DNA of 64,000 nt. It comes from Lama guanicoe. Taxonomy: Eukaryota. Positions 25,801 through 40,082 of this stretch are shown one piece after another. The stretch lies in assembly GCA_013239625.1 (NCBI GenBank), contig MU053472.1, forward strand, positions 124,001-188,000, given 5' to 3'. The position numbers were made by a program, and so were the translations under genes. Positions within the stretch are counted from its first letter, which is position 1; each line of letters begins with the position of its first letter. The notes below the pieces were generated by a model, which was not told the DNA's origin, ran no database searches, and saw nothing but the letters and a program-made list of their open reading frames with translations.

Positions 25801-26898
25801 GTAGCTGCATTAAACAAATAGTTTATGTGGATGTCTTGCCTCTTGCCTACGTTTGTTCTATACTGTGCGCTGTTTTCTTAATTTTTGTTATCAATTATAT
25901 CTCTCACTTTTAAGCCACCTATGCAATAAGCAAGAAAACAGATTGGCAAAGTTGAAAACATCTTGAATAAATCCAAAGACACTAATACGTTGTTCTAAAG
26001 AAGCTTTTTGCACGACCTGTGTCTATGAGAAATGGAAAGTTATAAGCAAGTCCTTATTCCAAGCTTGACACTTATGAGAAAGATTAACTTCCAGATACGC
26101 TTACCCTATCGGAGGAGAAATGTAAGAATACAGGAAAACACGGCATTTGAGATCGTTAATATGTTAGCCAGAAACCGAAATTATTTCTCTTCCGGTTGCT
26201 CTTATTTGGAAAGCAGGGCTGTGAAGATTTTTTTTTTTTTCACTTTACTTGTCTCACCTCAGGGGCAGGAATTCTTCAGCCCCGGGAAGGAACGCCATTG
26301 TATTTATTAAAACTTTTCTAGGACTCTAAAAACTGTTTAACATTTGGCTGAGACATCCTCCTTGTTTCTCAGAAGGTGGACACCAATGTTTTACTCCTAT
26401 TTTATAAGACAAGAAACTGAGACACTCACTCAGAAGGAGAATAATGTGGGAGCGGTCCAGGTGGATTTAGAAACGAATGCTGCCCCCTATCATTGTAGGA
26501 TCAGCCAGCCCAGCCCTAAGCTCATGGCATCTCCACTATCCAGTGGGCCTCTTGCTATTTAAGTCTCTCACATTCCAGGAAAGTAGAGGAAAGCAAAATT
26601 AAACGAAACTTCTCCTTCTGTTTTGCCAGAGAGAATGCTGGTAATACTTTCCCATTCCTGAAGTTGGGAAGTCATCTTCCTCTTTGTCCTCCTAATCTCA
26701 GATGAAAGAGATGGCATGTTCTCTATAGGAGCTTTCATCTCTTCTTATGTTTAGGTTTTAGTTTAGCCTCGCATCTCTGCCAAGAATGTAACTTGGACAG
26801 GAGGAGAAATAGGTAGAGGTCAGAGTTTTGCAGGGAGTCCAAGTCAAACCTCTAGAAAGAGAATATTTCTCCCCAGACATCTTCCACCAGCATCCTAA

Positions 26899-27237
<339 letters not shown>

Positions 27238-29012
27238 TAAGGGAGCTGGCAAGTGGATTTGGCCTTCAGAGGTGCTGTAGAGTAGGTGGGCTTCTATCAT
27301 TTTCTTCTCCCACGGTCTCTTAGCACCCAGCCAGTTGCTCTGACGAGCCCTTCAGTGTGTGCAGCGCACTTTGAATTTTTCGGTCCCTGCTTCCAGCATC
27401 TTTCTCTTTAAAATCAAGTAGGTAACAGTGGAATATCACCCCCAAAGTTAGCCAAGCAGCTCCACTTGGTACATGACCACAGATCAGAGTTTCCAAGGAA
27501 GACATTTAATAGCAATCAGTAATATTGATCACGATTATTTTTTTCCTTCCCTCTGAAAAAAGTATAAAAAATTGGAAGCCTTTGTGTATATAGCTACATT
27601 CGGTACCTGACCCTGTGATCTGAGGGGAGTGGAGGGTACATCTGAGTTCTAAAGCAATTTGAGATGCTTAGTCGCATTTACCAAAATCGGTAGAGTTTTG
27701 AGGCCTCAGTTGGTGAGCCTGTGGAAGGAAGAAGCTGCTACTGGCTAAGGCAGGACACAGGAGAAGTGTCTGCATTTGCAGCTCCGACCCATTGATTCTT
27801 GTCATTCTCTTCCTCGTCCCCAAATTTCCTTTCTGTCCCAAGATGTCTTCTATTCAATAACATTGAGAGATTTTTGTTTTAAAATCTAGGGAAGTTTGAG
27901 CTGCATTTAAATGACAAGAGTATCAGTGACCTACTTTTTTTTTTAATTTTAGGAAAGTATACTGTTACATTATACTTGAATTATTTCAATCCAGCCCTTT
28001 TCCTAGGAAAATTTTGTATGAGTTTTTGCCATTCCCTCATGCTATCCTCTGGGCTGTGGCTTCCCTGTCCTTGTCAAGATATGAGTTTCCACCACTTTCT
28101 GGGTTGGGCTTTTTTCCCCTCTCACCGGATGGCCACTTTTGAAAGTCACTCTTGTTTTCTGTCACACACTGCCCTGAAGTGATTGTTTCAGTGTTTATTG
28201 TCTCAATGTCTGTGGGCTGGAAGGACCTTCAAGGTGGAAGGAAAGAGTTGAGGCATTCATCTCGTATTGTGGTGATTGTTCTTTTGTTGGAAGCATTAGA
28301 TGGGTAGGTTTAGAAGAAGGAAAATGAGAGATCTTTGCTGTTGAGGGGAACAAGCCCGTTTTAAACTCTGGGTTGATCCACCATCCATGACTAGGTCTTT
28401 AAGAATTTGTGTGTCTGACATGAAGCAACTCCCTGTAATTCCTGGAAAGCCCAAGAAACATTTCAGGAGCCATTGTCTCCAAAGGCCAGAGAACCCTTGG
28501 GACCCACCCTCACTCCAACCCAAGCCTCATGCAGCATCTCCAGTTTGAGCTGCCTCTCTGTGTTCCATGGGCTTTCCGTCAGAAAAGGAGAGAGTGGCAG
28601 GAAAGGCCAGTTGGAAGCCTCTAAAAAGACAGAAGTCCCAGAAAGTTTCTCAAGATGCTTGGGAAGGGTCATTTTACAAAAATGTATGACAGTTTCTGCA
28701 AGGGATTTTTAAATTATTGTTATCATCGTTTAAAAGTCCCATGAGACACAAAGCTTCAGAGGCATCCCTTCATTCTGTAAATATTATACAAACATCTATG
28801 AGGTTCCAGGCACTTGCTGGGCTGTGAGATACACAGGTTCTTTTCTCCAGGGACATACAACCTAATGAGGGAGATGAGATGTTTGAGTAAATAATGACAG
28901 CTGCTTTCTAAGAGTTGTTATAAATATATACACAAGGGGCAGCAGAGGAATTGCTAAATTGCCTAGAGACATCACAGGGGGCTTCCTAGAGGAGGTGACA
29001 TTTGAACCAATT

Positions 29013-29102
29013 TTTTTTTTGCTTATTCTTATGCATGCTCTTTTTTTTTTTAAATTGGAGTACAGTCAATTACAATGTGTTAATTTCTGGTGTACAGCAC
29101 AA
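29013..29102 (-). mobile_element. Severely 5'-truncated L1 with double A-tail, inside an L2 remnant
   Basis: TSD tgaaccaatt at 29003-29012 and 29103-29112; about 50 nt of the L1 3' terminus. Confidence 0.85.
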
Positions 29103-31296
29103 TGAACCAATTCTTGAAGGATGACTACAAGACAGGAAAGCATGGGATAAAAATTAGGAAGTGAGATGAATTGAAAAAGGGACACAAATGAATGTGGTGG
29201 TTGGCAGGGGAAAGAGCAGAGAGAATAAAAAAAGATGACACATGACAACAAATTTTCTTGAGAAACTAGAAATAATAAATGGTAATAATCACGTGCCCGT
29301 CTACACAGATAGACTCTCCTTGTCCAGGCTGGCTCCTGAGCCTGTAAAGAATTTGCTGAAGCCAACTTCTCTGAGTTAATTTTTACGGACAATGAACATT
29401 TTCTGTGTGCCCCCACCCCGCCCTTACAGTAATCTAGAAGGAAATGGAGTAGAGTTGGTGGTGGGTAGAGGACGTGTGGGAGCCTAGTCCTTCAAAAATT
29501 GAGCTGCTGCGGTCTTGAGGTAGTAGAGCTTAGATGACTCTGAGAACCTGCCGGCAAGTCAGCCCGGCTAATCCGGGAATGTGCTGGGTTCTGGACGCCA
29601 AGCAGGCTGCTGCTTCCTCAGGGGGCAGCCAGAGGCAGCCCCCCACGTTTGGGCAGCTGTGAGTGTGTGTCACACCCACCACAGACAAACGTCAGGGGTC
29701 ACTTCCATTACCTCCCCCTCAGTCCGATTTGAAGATTTTGTGGGCGGGTTGTTTGGGTTTTGTTTTTAGCTAACTGGTTACTGGTTATGAGTTTAGTGTC
29801 CACAGGCTGGGTTTATATCGTGGCTCCTGCCCCAAGTCCATGTGACTTCAACCAGTCTGAACCTCAGTTTCACCGTCTGTAGAATGGAGATAACAATACT
29901 TCTCACCCAGTGAGGTTGTGAGAATTAAATGAAGGGATACATTTGGAGGACTTTGTACGACACCTCACCATAGAAATGGTCCAATAAATGTTCACTGTGA
30001 AGACGTTTGTTCACATTAAATGAAGAACCTCAGATTTTGGCTGTCACTCAGGATAACGCCACAGAGCCACAGGGAGGAGAGGAGACACTGAGACAGACAC
30101 CCACTGAGCAGGGGACTTCCTTCTCCCCCTCTGATTGTCCCTAAAGTCACTGCATTTAGATGGCTGCTGTGAAGACCAAATAATACAGGCAGTGTGAAAG
30201 CACTCTGACAAGTGTAACCTGCATAGGAATTTGGGTGATCGCCGACATCATCATCTTCCTGACTTGGGGCAGATGTTCTAAAAGACTCCTCAATGCGCTT
30301 AGTGTTTCACCCAGTTCCATTCCACAGGCAGAGAAGCCAAGGGACCAGGAATTAAGTATCTTGGCTGAGACCCCACATTATCTCATTGAGTCAGTGACTT
30401 CCTGCCAGTAAACTTGGCAGAGACCCCCACCGGTATCTAAAGGAATTGTTGGGAACCAGTGAGAACAGAGCCCTAAGTGGCCTGAGAATCACCCAAAGTG
30501 GGTGGGGCCCAAATTAAACGCCCCACTGACACATTCAGTCCACCGACTCGGGAGCTGGCTCGTGAACTTGGCCGGTCAGCAACTGGCTAAACAAAGCCGA
30601 GCACCAGCAGCAGCTGGGGTCCTAAGTCCAGGCTGGTCAGGGGCCCTCTGCTCCTTGTGACGGGCCAAAATGGAAATGGACCATTAGATGGTAGTCAGTG
30701 CCCCATGGCTGGAGGCAGAGGGGCCGGAAGGCCACGCGGTAGCGTTGTGGAGGGGATTCAGGCACCAAGTAGTGGCCTGACTTTGGACCTTGAGGATTTT
30801 CCAAGACCTGCAGGAGTAACTCCAGGAACTGAGAAAGAAAAACATCAAGGTCCAGAACACGGGGCCCAGGAGTTAGGAAATGAATCTGTTATGTGTCCTT
30901 GCTCAGCCGGGTGCTCGGCCTCCTTGCTTGTTCATCTGTAACACGGAATTAACCATCCCGATGAACCCTGCTTCATGCAGATGCGAGGAAGAGGACAGCG
31001 AGGCTGCTTCTGCCATAAGCAAATATCAAATCTCGTTGCAGCCAGAGGCCAGGGGCGAGCTGCTGTCTTTCATTCATTCAACCAGGATATATCGAGGGTC
31101 ACAGTGTGCCTGGGTCCTGGGAATTGGACACACAGGGAGCAAAATGCCATCTCATTTACTTTCTCCAACTCATAAACACCACTCCTAGCAAGGTCCTGAG
31201 TTTGCCTGTTGTCTTCTGCGTTTGCCATCTTTTAAATGGGCGGGTAGGGCTGTAAGACCTTTCCCTTTTGGGCTGTTTCCATCATAAATGACCCCA

Positions 31297-31297
<1 letters not shown>

Positions 31298-31339
<42 letters not shown>
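31298..31339. repeat. (AC)21 microsatellite
   Basis: Perfect dinucleotide run in intron 2. Confidence 0.98.
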
Positions 31340-31342
<3 letters not shown>

Positions 31343-31825
31343 CTTTGGAATTATCTGAGGTCTAACGAGCTTATTCTTTTTCTAATACAAAAGTTTAATT
31401 ATATTTCTTTCAAAGCAGTAGTCAAAAGGTTTTGGGTTTGGAGTTCTGCTCTGAGCATAACATTATAATGTTAATCCTTGGTACCTAGGAGGAGAGTGGA
31501 GGGGTGGAGAGGGCTCTTTTCAGTCTCTGAACATGTTGTCTAAGTGCCAGTTGTACCTTTGAGCCTTTTCCCCCTTAGACCTGAGACTTGGTTGAACGCG
31601 TCTCCTTGCTGTCAAAACCCCAGACTTTGGGATTCAGAATGTTGCTTCACGTCTGAGCACCAGTGAGCCAATGAAAAAATAATAATCATAAATTGTCCTG
31701 AAAACAATGGCTGGCCACGTTTGAGCTCCTCCAAAGAAAGGAAAGGGGTGGCTTTGGTGGAACAAACTGAGGTGGGCCCACCCCGCCAACCCCCTACTGC
31801 AGTAATGGCAGATCCCACCACTTAG

Positions 31826-32188
<363 letters not shown>

Positions 32189-32298
32189 TAACACCACCAG
32201 AAGCTCCCTCGAGCAGGCGGGCCAGCACCCGGACCGAGCTCCATCCCCTCAGTTCTGGAAAATTGAGATGCTAGTTATCCAGATAAGTGTGGCTACAG

Positions 32299-32530
32299 CA
32301 GGGTTTCCCAAGGCGTGTTCCACGGAACCCTCATTTCTAGTCATTAAGAAATCAGCTTGAGAAACATCATGTGCCTACTTCCTCTGAGGGTGTCACGACA
32401 GACATTAATATGTTAAAGGCTCTGAGAAGTCCTGCAGTCAAGAAACTCCACGTTGTTGAGTTGGTTGTTAACCGCGGGATGTTTTTCTGCGGCATACCCC
32501 TATGAACTGTTACCCCCGGGAATGCTGGAG
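32299..32530. mobile_element. hAT-Charlie MITE remnant (MER112-like)
   Basis: cagggtttcccaagg start; cattaatatgttaaaggctctgagaagtcctgcag; family name from recall. Confidence 0.55.
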
Positions 32531-33581
32531 ATTGTTGGTCTAAAATACGATGCCAATGAACTGAGAATCATGTGTTTGACCTCCCTATAGATCAGGGAAA
32601 TTCTGTCCCTCAGCCACAGACTGGCTTTGGCCTTGACCAAATGTTGTCTACCCACCGGTTCAGAAGGAAAGTTAGCAGGGGAACAGGAACTGGCCAGATC
32701 TTCCGTCCGCTCTGCCCACACCGATTAGCCTTCTTTTGGTATCTTAATGATGTGGAATTTTAAAGAAAACTATTAGACATCCTTGAGATATCTTTTTGCT
32801 TCATTCCTGTCCCCTCCCGCCCTGACTCTAACATTGACTTTCTGAAAAAAATCTGCTCTTTGCTCCGGTTTAGACCTGTGCTCTCTCTCTGTCTCTGGGC
32901 TGGACCAGGTCTGGCAGTGGGAGGATACAGCCAGGGAGGTCTGGCTCGGGTGTGGGGAGGCAGAACGCTCTGCCTGTATGTGTCACAGGGTCCTGTGCTT
33001 TGCTCCGTCCCCCTGCCAGTGAGAGGGGGGTCAGAGTCTCTCTCTCACATCTGGCATCGGGGTTTCATCAGTGACGATAAACCCAGAGGCTAGCCTCCTC
33101 TACGGGTCGCCCAGCCTGCCCCTCGGAGGGATTTCTGCTGTGTGAATAAGGGATCTGGCTTCCCTGGTACCCTTGTAGGGTGTCAAACCCTGGAAGACCA
33201 GAAGTCCTTTCAGGGTGCTTTCAGGGGTTTAGCAGAGCCAGCCAAGGGGCTTGCCTTTTGTAGGCTGGGAAGAAAAGCCACATGAGGAGGTGTCAGGAGG
33301 CCCACTGGGACTGTCCCCCTGAGCTGCCTGCCCCTTGGCTTCCCCTCTTCTTGTCAAGGGCCCCCCAGAGGCTAAGCCCCTGACTTCCGGGGCAGTGGAG
33401 CCTGCTCTGCACCTGTGTTCCACCCGACTCCAGCCATCTCATCAGATAACCACGCCAGCTGGCCTTTTCTCAGGATGGGACTTTTCCCCAGGCTCCCATC
33501 CACCCTCCACCTCTTCACCCTCCTCCCCTAGGCCCCTGGGATTGAGTGTCTGAGGCCAAACGCCAGCAGCAGCACCCCTGA

Positions 33582-33962
<381 letters not shown>

Positions 33963-35800
33963 TGAAAACAGCATGCGGCTGTGGCCAGGGAGCCCTTCGC
34001 CCCATCCTTCCCTCGTCTCCGCTCTCTGCCTGTGTGGTTGCTGACTCAGTGGCTCAGAGCCGCCACCAGATGAGACGGAGAAGGCTGCCTGTTTGGTATG
34101 CCGTCTCTACACTGCAGGCAGACCCTCCATGCCATCCGTGTGCCTCCTCAGGGCTCTGGCCCACTGCAGCAGGAGGAGCCCTGGGCCTCTGTTTGTTGGT
34201 GTCTGTGCTCCGCCAGAATTGAGGGGTGGGGGTTGGGGTCTGTCACTTGAGATTTTTGTAGTGGTGAGTTGGCCCGAATTGGTTGAGTACCTACTGTGTG
34301 CTGCTGTGGGATATGGGCTTGTCAGGATGGGATCCTATGCCTTCCTGGTGAGAAAGCAGCCCCATATGCTGAAGGCTGTGTCAGTCTTCCCCCGGGGCTT
34401 AGTTCTTCAAGAGAGCCGGCTTCCCGGAATGGATGTGCTTCCTGAGGTTGGTTTGCTGTCTGTGTAGACAAAGTGTGACGTGGTCTCCTGCCAGCTCTGG
34501 GGAAGGGCTTGCAGAAGGAGAGCAGGCACCATTTCTAACTTGGTGGGGGATGGTTCTGAAACTGCTTTCCCCCTTACCTGCTGGTTGCCCTTGTGATGGG
34601 AGAGGCCTGCGATCTAGGAGCTGACCTGTGTCTTGGGGACAGGCTCAGAGCCACCAGCTGAGCAGTCTCCAAGCATTTGTTCCAGGCCATGCCCTCCTCC
34701 CCTAGCAGGACCTCTTCAAGTGTCTCTGGGAGCCCGAGACTGTTCAGCATGAAACCTAGGCCAGGGACGGGAGCTTTTCTGTGTCCTACTCCCACCGAAG
34801 AGAAGGGCTTAGCCACAGGAGAGAAAGTTTGGGTTACTCTTGAGAGGCGGAGGAGCCTCCAGATGAAAACACTGGCCTGATGGCCAAGAAACGTAGCCCC
34901 TTCGCAGAAATTCAAAGCAGTGGCTGACGCTGGGAAAGGCAGGGGTGCTTGCCGCCTGCCTGAAGGAATCCGCGGAGCTGGATCTGGGAGCTCCGGGGGG
35001 CGTGGCTGGGGCAAGGGGCGTTATGGAGAAGACAATGGCTATTGTGCTGGGACCTGTGATCTCCACACCAAAGTCAGGGAGCCTGCAGGCCAAACAAAGG
35101 CCCAGCAGCTTTCTGACAAGCTGGGGTTGTGGTGAGGTCACCACGGGGTCGTTGGCTTAGGCGTTCTGCATAGTGACAGGAGAGCCAGAGAGGCGGGGCT
35201 GGAGGGACAGGGACAGGTACTGGGCACTGGGCGGTGGGGGGCGGGAAACGCAGCCCAGAGTCCCCTCCAATCAGTCTGAGAAGGCATGTCCCACTGGCAG
35301 TGGGTTTTCTAGGGACCCTGGGAAGCGCGACCTTTTTGAAAAAATCGTAAAGTATTAGAACTGGGAGGGACTTCAAAGAAAAACTGAGGCCCAGAAAGAG
35401 ATAGTACTTTCTGAGTTAACCCAGAGCAATGGGAGCAGAATAAGGACCAGAAGCCAGGCCGCCAGTTCCCAACCTGGACTGGCCTCAGCTCAGACACGTG
35501 TTGAGTCCTGGCACCTCGCTAGTGATGGAGACACACATCCCTGCCCTCAGGGGCTTGCTGTCTAGTTGGGAAGATGTCGTGCTGGCATGGAGTCCCCAGA
35601 ACCAGCTGGGGATCAGGGTTATCTTTGGGGCTTTTGTGTGTCTTTCCGCAGAGAAACTGCTGTAGAATACAAATTATTGTGGAGCAATAATATGGCACAC
35701 TGTATATGTTCAGTGGCTACCTTCCCCTCCCCCTTAATTTTCACTCAGCGTTCATCAAGATAGTCTTTGTCCACGCCCAAGGACAATTATCTAGATTTAG

Positions 35801-36151
35801 TTGTTTTTGTTGTTTTTCAATTGAAGTGTAGTTGATTTACAATGTTGAACACAATATTGAACACTAACGAGTTTCTGGTGTACAGTATAGTGATTCGGTT
35901 ATACATACATAGATTCTATTTCATATTTTTTCGTTATAGGTTATTACAAGATATTGAATGTGGGTCCCTGTGCTGTACAGTAGGATTTTATTATTTATCT
36001 ATTTTATACACAGTAATTTGTATCTGCTAATCCCAAGTTCCTAATTTATCTCCCCGCCTCTTTCCCCTTTGGTAAACCAAAAGTTTGTTTCCTATGTCTG
36101 TGAGTCTCTTTCTGTTTTGTAAATAAGTTCATTTGTGTCATTTTTTTTTTT
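35801..36151 (-). mobile_element. Young lineage-specific L1 3' end in intron 4
   Basis: ttgaagtgtagttgatttacaat...gtaaataagttcatttgtgtc; same family as the upstream copies. Confidence 0.88.
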
Positions 36152-39100
36152 CTTATCCTGGTTCTAACCGGCCAGGTTAATTCCCAGGACTGCACTGTGG
36201 ACAATTCAGATAACTTCTCTGAGGAGTTTCCTGTCTGTAAAATGGAGAAATAGTACCCACCTCATCAGGCCCCTATGAGGACTAAATGAGAGAGGGTGTA
36301 AACACTGTCTTTCTCAAGAAACCATAACTACTTGTCTTCCTAAGAGGCAGGGAGATGTTCTGACCTTGGGACTGGGGTGCAGGATGCGAGGACCAGGCCG
36401 TATTCCCCTTTCAGGCTGCCGGGGCGGGCAGCACGGGCTCCTGGGGAGGCCCCTGGGGCCAGGCAGACAGCAGGCTTAATGCCCAGACTTCAGCCTGCAC
36501 TTCTCACTGTATACTTCCCATCACGGTCCCCACAACCCGGCTCTGGTCTCTGACCAAGCTCCAGGTTACCAGCAACCTCTGAGGCCAAGCTGGGGAGATG
36601 AGGTCCCCAGCCCCCAAACCCCCACTCTCTCCTCACTTTCCCCTCCAAACACCAGCCTCGCATCCAGGAGGACTGGAGGCACCTTCGGGACACATCTTTC
36701 CCTCGACCCCTCTTCCTGGACAGGAGAGCATCCCTTCTGTACCTGAGCCCCTTCCCTCCCCGCCACACTTACGGCGCTGTGGCCCACTTGCCCACGGTGA
36801 CCACAGTGTGACCCTGGTCCTGGAATGTCCGGCACAAAAGGAGTGGCAGGAGGAGCACTTTGCCTCTGTCAGCGGCTGATTGGTTACAAGGTGCCCTCCA
36901 AACACACTGTCAGCAGAATCAGCTGTTTTCAGCGTTGCCCCTCCCGGCTTTACAATCACACGCCAGCATGCAGCCCGGGGTTGTCATGGCTTTGTCTCCC
37001 TCATGCATGCTTAATTGACAATTAAGTTGGGGCTTTGAACCAGCCTGGCTGCCGCTGACGGGCCTTCATCTTTCCAGTGAGTGTCACAGGGGCAGCCTTT
37101 GTTTGCTCTTCTCGGGGGCCCGGAGTTACTGTAGCAGGCTGTGGACAGCCATTTATCTTCAGCCGGGAAGGCCTTTATCCACACCCCCCCATCCCAGCTC
37201 TCGCCAGCAGGAGCTGTCCCTGGTTATAGGCCTTGTGACAGCCCATTCTGAGGCCATTGAGCTGGCCCGGAGTGATGGCCCAGACCTCCATTCTGGAGCG
37301 GAATCAAGAGAAAGGCCCCCAAAAGGTCAGAGAGCAGGGCTGTGGCACGGAAGCGGGCTGGTTGGAGACTGGTGCCTGTATTGATCAGCCCGAGGAGGAG
37401 GAGGAAGTTGGCGTGGGTTGGAAACAGGGCTAGCCTTGGCCCGAGCCCTAGGATCAGCTGCACCATCTGTGGTGGCCTTGTGTGTGGTACCCTTTGCTCC
37501 AGTCTGTGGGGAACTCACCCAACCACCTCCGACAAACTCACCTGGCTGCCTTGCGACAGCAAGGGCGGGGCAGAGGTCTTCACCAGCTTTCACTCACCCC
37601 ACCCCCACATCACGTCCTCCCTCTTGTATCATCTTGTGAGAAGGAGATGAAGGCTCATTCTCCTGGAAAGAATGTGAGGGACAGGGGCATCCTAGAACAA
37701 GCCCTCCCAGCATAACCTTTGGATACCCTGAGCCACATAGCCTCTTTACCCAAGAGGAGATGTTTATTTCTCTGGCTGCTTATTCCTCCCTCCCTTCAAA
37801 TTCTATTCCTTTCTCTCCAAGCCCAGAGGATGTGACTGCCCCCATGGTCAGATCGGAGCTTGAGAACCTGAGAATCCTGTCTCCTGCCTCCCACTCTGCC
37901 CCTTTTACATCTCCTCCTAACTTGCCTGCAGAAATCTAACCCTGGGTCTTCGACAAACCCAGCTCTCGGCCAGGATACCCACGTGGTTGCTGTGGTTTTC
38001 CCTGATGCTGAAATCTGCAGGACCCAAGGAAATCTCAAAAGTGCCCAGTTGTGACTAAATTTGAATAATCATAGCAGCTGGTGCTGATTGAGTACTTCCT
38101 GGGTACCAGGCCCTGGGCTGAGTACACGCATCATCTTATTGAATCCTCACAACTTTGTAGGGTAGAAACCATCCATATCCTCACCCCCATTTTACAATCA
38201 AGGAAGGTGAGATGTTTAGAGTGTAAGTAATTTGCCCAGGTTCATATAGTTCGTAAGTGTCAGAGACAGGTTTGGAGCTGTTATGTACCCTCGCGCTCTC
38301 TCTCTTTTTTAAATGCAGATGCCAAGAACTTTCAGGCATGGAAACCAACACACAGGCGCACAAAATCCTCCCACAGGTCCTTCCTGCCCCACATTTTTAC
38401 TGTTCCCCTCTGAATGACAAAGTGGCTTTGGGAGAACATGGCGGAGGAGGTGGGATGAGGGTGGGGGTCTCGCAGTCTGGCTAGTTTACCACTTCCCCCT
38501 CCCCACGCCACTCCACCCACTCTTGCCCCTGACCAAGGTGGCCTCTGTGCCCTGCCCAGGGAGGGAATCAAAGCCCCCTCTTTCAAGACCCCATCCCCAA
38601 CTGGGTGGGGATTTGAACTGCCCTTGCAGTCAGCACTGTCTGGGACACTAAATGCCTTAACAGCTTAATGGGGCTTCTGAGACAGTGCAGGCACCTCGGC
38701 TCACCTCTGGAGCCCTGCCCGCTCCCTGGGCAGCGGCCGAGTGGAGGGGGTTTATGAGGGCAGTTGTAAAAATATTCATCTCCACAGCAAAGTTCCCCAT
38801 AGTAAATAAGCCCCATTGTCCCTAAGTAGTAGATTCTTTCAGTTCAGAAGAGAAGCAGATCCTGCCTTGAGTCATTTGCTATTTTCAAAAACACATTTAC
38901 ACTGACTTGGAGCTCCGCGGTGGCCGAGGCTCCAGTCTTCTCCTCGGAGGGACTTTATCTGCCTGCCATTTTATCTGTTGAATTCGAAGGTCATTTTATC
39001 TTGCGGGTACCACCCCATCGGCTGCCACTAGATTGGGGAAGACAATCAGGATATTAATGAGATTAAGAGATCCAGCCTTCAGAGCATTCTGCTGGCAGCC

Positions 39101-39624
39101 TCCGCCTGATAGTGGACCAAGCCTGGTCTGCATACAAAGAAGCTGGGTTGCCTGGGCTGGGGGTGCTCCAGCCTCCTCACAAAGGGGCCGAGGAGATACT
39201 GGAGTTCTATCACCGGAGGCAGCCCTCCCTGCATGCCTAATCCACCTGGAGGACCCTTAGAGAATTCAAGGACTCCTTGCTGCCTCCCATCAGCTCTGAG
39301 GAGGAAGGAGGCTGCCTGCAAGCAAGCACATTGCCCCAGCCTGAAGGTTCTGGGAGAAGTGCCCTTGGAGTCTTTTTGTTGAAGGTTTGATGGAAACTGA
39401 CAAGAGCTGGGAGAGAATTGAGTACCAAAGGTGCAGAAAGAGAGACAGAGAACTAGGCAAGGGTCTTTGAAGCTGACTGCTTGATGGGAATGCCGCAAAA
39501 TCAAAGACAAATGAGGAGGGGGGGAAAATACATATAGATAAATATATACATGAAACATAGCCCCAAAATAAAGTCAAATGCATTCAATCATGGTTATCCT
39601 AGCTGCTCATAAGAACTCTAGGAT

Positions 39625-40082
39625 CAGGGTTGGCAAATTTTCTATAAAGAGGCAGACAGTGACTATTTTAGGCTTTTCAGGCCATGCTGTCTCAGTCACA
39701 GCCACTCCACTCTGCCTTTGGAGGACAAAAGCAGCCAGAGACCATACGTTAAAAAAATGGACCTGGCTGTCTTCTAATCAACTTTATTTATGGGGATTGA
39801 AATGTGAATTTCCTGTAATTTTCACATCTCACAAAATATTCTTTATAATTTTGGGGGGGTAATTAGGTTTATTTATTTATTTCCTTTTTTTTAGAGGAGG
39901 TACTGGGGATTGAACCCAGTACCTCATATGTGCTAAGCATGTGCTCTGCCACTTTGAGCTCTACCCTTCCCTCCCTTTTTAATTTTTAAAAATCATTTTA
40001 AAATGTCAAAACCATTCTGAGCTCAGGGTTCATACAAAAACAGGCTGCTTTGGCCTGCAGACCACAGTTTGCTGACCCCCTG
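39625..40082. mobile_element. MER58B-like hAT MITE split by a SINE
   Basis: Inverted ends cagggttggcaaa / tttgctgaccccctg; near-TSD ctctagga 39616-39623 / ctatagga 40083-40090. Confidence 0.85.
39853..39975 (-). mobile_element. tRNA-Ala-derived SINE (camelid type)
   Basis: ggaggtactggggattgaaccca...gctaagcatgtgctctgccactttgagct, with tail reading aaataaataaacctaattacccc on the minus strand. Confidence 0.88.
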
